From positions 1,024,001 through 1,088,000 of the forward strand of contig CAWFFN010000007.1 in NCBI GenBank assembly GCA_963815115.1: DNA of 64,000 nt. Direction: 5' to 3'. The stretch comes from an uncultured delta proteobacterium (GTDB taxonomy: Bacteria > Desulfobacterota > Binatia > DP-6). A program made the position numbers and the translations under genes. How positions within the stretch are numbered: the first letter of the stretch is position 1; every line of letters starts with the position of its first letter. Positions 60,200-64,000 of the stretch are shown here, one piece after another. Below the pieces are notes generated by a model. It saw nothing but the letters and a program-made list of their open reading frames with translations, had not been told where the DNA came from and ran no database searches.

Positions 60200-60792
60200 G
60201 AGCCCCCGCCCTGTCCCTCCGCGACTTTCGCGCGCAGGCGGTCGAGCAGTCCCTGGAACGAGTCCTTGGCAACCGCGGCATCGAACTGGGCGCGGAAGTT
60301 TCGCGCCAGGCTCACGCCCTCGACGCTGATGTCCGTCGCTTTCCAGGTGTCACCGGAGCGGCGCATCGTGTAGTCGACCGCGAAGCGATCGCCCGAGGTG
60401 ATGACCTCGGTACCTACCCGGGCCTGGTCGCCGTTGACCGTCTCGCTGCCGTAGGCGAAGTCGGGGGCGTCGAAGAGGAGAAGGCGCTGCGTGTAGGTGC
60501 GCACGAAGAAGTCGTGGAACAGCTTGTAGAACTCCTCGGTCTCGGCCGGGCTGCGCCCCTCGAGGTGCGGGCCGGCGGCCAGCTTCGCGAGGGCTTCGGT
60601 ATCGAGGAATCCGCGTAGGAGATCGCTCAGCGCCGCCAGCTTCTGCTTCCGGTCGCCGCTGCCACGGACGATCGTGTTGCTGCGCTCCAGCACGCTGCGA
60701 GTGACCGCCATGGGCCCCTCGGCGGCGGCCGCTGGTCTCAGGCTGGCGACCGCGAGCGCCGTGGCGAGAAGAACGGCCCCGCGCCGCGGCAT
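60196..60792 (-). CDS. MlaC/Ttg2D-like periplasmic lipid-binding protein
   Basis: Signal peptide; FLD...A...AG, FFVRTY, VDYTM..WKATDISVEGVSLARNFRAQF. Confidence 0.9.
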   Translation of the reverse strand: MPRRGAVLLATALAVASLRPAAAAEGPMAVTRSVLERSNTIVRGSGDRKQKLAALSDLLRGFLDTEALAKLAAGPHLEGRSPAETEEFYKLFHDFFVRTYTQRLLLFDAPDFAYGSETVNGDQARVGTEVITSGDRFAVDYTMRRSGDTWKATDISVEGVSLARNFRAQFDAAVAKDSFQGLLDRLRAKVAEGQGGGS

Positions 60793-61787
60793 CAGTCCCG
60801 CAGTTCCTTTCCCGTGAGGTCGAGGAAGACGTCGTCGAGGGTGACGGGCGTGACCCGCGTCCGCAGGATGCCGTGCCCGAGCGCGGACACCGCGCGGTAC
60901 ACGCGCGGCAGCGCCTGCTGTGCCCGCGTGGTGAAGATGCGCAGGTCGTTACCGACCACCTCGACCTTGCGCACGCCGTCGACCGCCTCGAGAGGCGCAA
61001 CCGTCTCGGGGGGCTGGAGCAGGCGCAGATCGATCACCTCGGTGGCGTTGGAGAGCGCCAGGAGCTCGGGCAGCGTCCCACACGCCACCACGTGGCCATC
61101 GTCCATGATCGCGATGCGATCGCACAGGTTCTCCGCTTCCTCGAGGTAGTGCGTGGTGTAGAGGATGGTGGTGCCGCGCGTGCGCAGCGCGCGCACGGCG
61201 TCGAAGATGTGCGCCCGTGACTGAGGGTCGACCGCCACCGTGGGCTCGTCGAGGAGGACGAGCCTGGGCGCGCTCACCAGCGCGCAGCCGAGATTGAGGC
61301 GCCGCCGCATGCCGCCCGAATAGGTCGCGACGCGGTCGTCCTTGCGCGACGACAACCCCACGACCTCGAGCGCCTCGATCACGTGCTGCCGCCGCTGCGC
61401 CCGCGGCACGCCATAGAGCTCCGCGAAGAAGGTGAGGTTCTCCTCGGCCGTCAGGCTCGGGTAGAGAGCCTCTTCCTGGGGTGCGACGTTGAGGAGCCGG
61501 CGCGCGGCATCGACGTCGTGCACGACGTGCTTGCCCAGCACCCAGGCGTCGCCGCTGGTCGGACGGATGCGCGTCGAGATCATCGAGAGGAGCGTCGTCT
61601 TGCCCGCGCCGTTGGGTCCGAGAAGGCCGAAAATCTCGCCTTCGGGAATATCGAGCGATACGCCGCGTACGACCTCGCGGCCGGCGTACTCACGCCGGAG
61701 CTCGCGCAGGACGACCGCTGATCTGACAGCTCGCAGCTGGGGTCGTGGCTGTTCGGGGACGACGAAGGGACGAACGGAGGTCTTCAT
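60792..61787 (-). CDS. ABC-2 type (DrrA-like) exporter ATP-binding subunit
   Basis: GPNGAGKTT, YSGGMRRRLN, LLDEPT, YTTHYLEEAE. Confidence 0.95.
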   Translation of the reverse strand: MKTSVRPFVVPEQPRPQLRAVRSAVVLRELRREYAGREVVRGVSLDIPEGEIFGLLGPNGAGKTTLLSMISTRIRPTSGDAWVLGKHVVHDVDAARRLLNVAPQEEALYPSLTAEENLTFFAELYGVPRAQRRQHVIEALEVVGLSSRKDDRVATYSGGMRRRLNLGCALVSAPRLVLLDEPTVAVDPQSRAHIFDAVRALRTRGTTILYTTHYLEEAENLCDRIAIMDDGHVVACGTLPELLALSNATEVIDLRLLQPPETVAPLEAVDGVRKVEVVGNDLRIFTTRAQQALPRVYRAVSALGHGILRTRVTPVTLDDVFLDLTGKELRD

Positions 61788-62776
61788 GGTCTCCTATCTC
61801 GCAATGCAACGATCGGCGCGTCGGAAGGTTGCGCCACATCGGAAGGTTGCGCCACAAAAGTGGGTTCCTGCCCGAACATTCGCTGCCATTCGCGGCTGCG
61901 GCTCGCAAGCGCCCGCTCGACGACGACCCGGCGGCGCTGGAGATAGCCGTTGCGGGCCGCGCTATAGAGATCGAGGACGCTGTCCTCGACATCGGCGAAC
62001 AGGCGGAGGTTCAGGGAGCGCTCGTTGACGGCGGTGACGATCGATTTGGCCCGATTGGCAAAGAAGGGGAGAACGTAGCTGATCGGATCGAGGAGGCCGT
62101 CGATGCCCCGGCCGATGGCATCACGCACGTTGAGCGGCGGGAAGGTCGGCAGTACCAGAAAGGGCCCGTCGCCGACGCCGTACATCGCGAGCGTCTGACC
62201 CGCATCGGCGTTGCTCGGCTCGATGTGGAGAGTCGATGCGACGTCGAAGAAGCCCGCGACCCCGACCGTCGTGTTCACGGTGAAGCGCGCCACCTCGCGC
62301 GCCGCACCAATCGGCCGGGCCTGCAGGATGCTGTTCACGAGCCGCCGCGGCATGTCGAGGTTGTCGAAGAACCGCGAAAGACTCCGGCGTGCAGGCTCGG
62401 GAGCGACCTTCGACCATCCGGTGGCCGCCGGCTTCACCAGATACCTGTCGAGGATGTCATGGTTGAAGAAGAACATCTTCTCGTTGAATGGCTGCCAGGG
62501 ATCCCAGTCGTCGGCCTCTTCGAGGCTGTCCGACGCGCCCGGGTCGTCGAGCAGCCGCGCGCTCCGCACGCCGCCGTCCGGACCGGGCCCGGCCCCCGGA
62601 CCCCCGAGACCCGGCGAGCGGGCACAGCCGACGCCCATCATGACGACGAGCAGGCCGACCGCGACCAGCAACCGCCTCGGTGTCTCGATCTGCATGTGTT
62701 GATTCATGACTAGGGCCAGAGCATCCGCCGTTCGATGCGTCTGGCTTTTCCCTGGTTTCACCCTCGCATTTTCCAT
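61784..62776 (-). CDS. mlaA: VacJ/MlaA-family outer-membrane lipoprotein (true start may be ATG 62707)
   Basis: Lipobox GVGC; DPWQPFNEKMFFFN, FFDNL, RFTVNTTVGVAGFFDVA, DAGQTL..YGV..GPFLVLP, DLY..ARNGYLQRR. Confidence 0.88.
   Translation of the reverse strand: MENARVKPGKSQTHRTADALALVMNQHMQIETPRRLLVAVGLLVVMMGVGCARSPGLGGPGAGPGPDGGVRSARLLDDPGASDSLEEADDWDPWQPFNEKMFFFNHDILDRYLVKPAATGWSKVAPEPARRSLSRFFDNLDMPRRLVNSILQARPIGAAREVARFTVNTTVGVAGFFDVASTLHIEPSNADAGQTLAMYGVGDGPFLVLPTFPPLNVRDAIGRGIDGLLDPISYVLPFFANRAKSIVTAVNERSLNLRLFADVEDSVLDLYSAARNGYLQRRRVVVERALASRSREWQRMFGQEPTFVAQPSDVAQPSDAPIVALRDRRP
61821..61856. repeat. Perfect 18-nt tandem duplication in the mlaA 3' end (VAQPSD x2)
   Basis: tcggaaggttgcgccaca repeated twice. 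Confidence 0.9.
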
Positions 62777-62867
62777 TGCAGCTTACACGTTCCTCGCTGC
62801 GTTGCGGATGTGCACGATTGCATACCGCCCTCGGCCGTCTCAGATGGATTGCTGAAGCAAAGCACTA

Positions 62868-62884
62868 AGCAAATTCCCTGCCTG
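62868..62884 (-). promoter_or_regulatory. Putative sigma54 promoter of the mlaA-ABC operon
   Basis: Minus strand CAGGCAGGGAATTTGCT (GG-N10-GC, TTGCT at -12). Confidence 0.5.
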
Positions 62885-63413
62885 GGGCTGACTGCTTACC
62901 TTACGACCGACCCGACCCGTCGGATCCCCGACGGGGTGTAGCTGGATGGCGAGGAGGTCTACCCGGTCAGCTCGTTCCGTCCGGTCGAGTGTTCAGCCCG
63001 GCTGGGCGCTCAGACCCGTCGAGAGCGAGTCACTCGTTGGACGCTACATGCTGAGAGGCAGGTTGTTTACCAGGATCACGAGGCAGATGCCAATCAGCCA
63101 TGGGCTGCCAACCGGCCGCACCCCGGGGCGGCAGATGTTGGCGCCCGCAGCCTCCACCGACCAGCTATTGGCGTGTGCGGCCGCCTCTATTCGCATGTGC
63201 GGCCGCCTCGGCGGAAGTCAAGCGAGTTCGGGCTGCGAGTCACCCCGCGCTTCGAGCGAACCCGGCCACGCTGATTCGAATGGTGTATCTCCGCAGCAGC
63301 TCGCCGCCATGATCACACCGGCGCCGCGCTGCGCGAAGTACTGGGCAAGGCGCCCGTCAGCAGCCGCGATCTCGGCGAGCGCCGATCCGTGCTATGTCCC
63401 GCCGCCGCCGCTC

Positions 63414-64000
63414 ATGGCGCACCGAAGCAATGCAATCCGGGTCCTCGCCGCCGCGCTTTCCGTCGCGACGGCGGCCCCCACGAGCGCGGGGGTACGGTCG
63501 GGGTGTCGTGGGGCACCCGCCCGTCAGACGGCGGATTTCGCCAGCCGCGGGCCACGACCGGTGGGTGTTCGGACATTGCACTTCGTCGACCAGACGCGCG
63601 CCACACCGCCGCACGGTTCCTTCGCAGGAACGCCCTTTCGCACGCTCGACACCGAGGTGTGGTACCCCGCCGCAACGCCGACGGGCACGGCGCTCCGCGA
63701 CGCTCCACTCGACACCGGCGGGGCACCCTACCCGCTCGTCCTCTATGGCCACGCGCTGCAGGACAGCCGTCTGGGCGAAGCGTACCTCGCGGAGCATCTC
63801 GCCAGTCGCGGCTATGTCGTCGCCTCGGTCGACTTCCCGCTCGGCAAGCTCGGCGCACCGGGCGGCGCGACGCCCGACGACCTCGCGAGCCAGCCTGGCG
63901 ATCTGCGCGCGGTTCTGGAGCATCTCCTCGCCGGAGACGGCGGATTGGCGGGCGCGGTCGACGCCGACCGCGTCGGCGCGAGCGGCCTCTCGCTCGGCGC
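63414..64000 (+). CDS. Secreted alpha/beta hydrolase (dienelactone hydrolase/PAF-acetylhydrolase-like), 3' end runs off the window
   Basis: Manual translation: GPRPVGVRTL..D..R..EVWYPA..PYPLVLYGH..HLASRGYVVASVDFP..DRVGASGLSLG (GxSxG). Confidence 0.88.
   Translation, partial: MAHRSNAIRVLAAALSVATAAPTSAGVRSGCRGAPARQTADFASRGPRPVGVRTLHFVDQTRATPPHGSFAGTPFRTLDTEVWYPAATPTGTALRDAPLDTGGAPYPLVLYGHALQDSRLGEAYLAEHLASRGYVVASVDFPLGKLGAPGGATPDDLASQPGDLRAVLEHLLAGDGGLAGAVDADRVGASGLSLG

Noticed and set aside
61821-61856. 18-nt tandem repeat as CRISPR or mobile-element remnant
   Set aside because: Only two adjacent in-frame copies with no spacer; simple duplication in a disordered tail
62940-63400. ncRNA or small ORFs (e.g. 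63100-63312) between mlaA and the hydrolase
   Set aside because: No recognisable RNA motif, poor codon bias; best explained as divergent promoter region

Overview
Very GC-rich (roughly 70%) bacterial DNA. The Cys-rich secreted proteins resemble those of Ca. Binatia/Myxococcota-type 'Deltaproteobacteria' (inference). Positions 1-38.7 kb hold a large, mostly minus-strand, translationally coupled Wzx/Wzy exopolysaccharide locus that runs off the left edge. It contains wza, a GumC/Wzz co-polymerase, an ExeA-type ATPase with a LysM-like tail, a CapB-type kinase domain with a degenerate Walker A, a NusG/RfaH paralog and a priming sugar transferase. It also has two oxidoreductase/aminotransferase/N-acyltransferase sets, deacetylases, WecG, a flippase, a frameshifted Wzy/O-antigen ligase, OafA acyltransferases, three GT-C enzymes with a polyprenyl-P-sugar synthase, and wecB. 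A sigma54-type promoter precedes wza. A two-gene plus-strand island (Cys-rich beta-helix protein + GT4) interrupts the locus and overlaps a convergent GT2 gene by 427 nt. The right part encodes a small basic 4xCxxC protein divergent from wza, a WD40 protein, a lipoprotein, enoyl-CoA hydratase, L,D-transpeptidase and a SnoaL protein. These are followed by a secreted cytochrome c + PHM/DBH-type copper monooxygenase fusion, a 2894-aa cyclic beta-1,2-glucan synthase, a convergent HK/RR pair, an unusual mlaA-ABC2 ATPase-mlaC-ABC2 permease operon, and a partial alpha/beta hydrolase. No rRNA, tRNA, CRISPR array or mobile element was seen. All calls come from motif recognition by eye; no searches were run.
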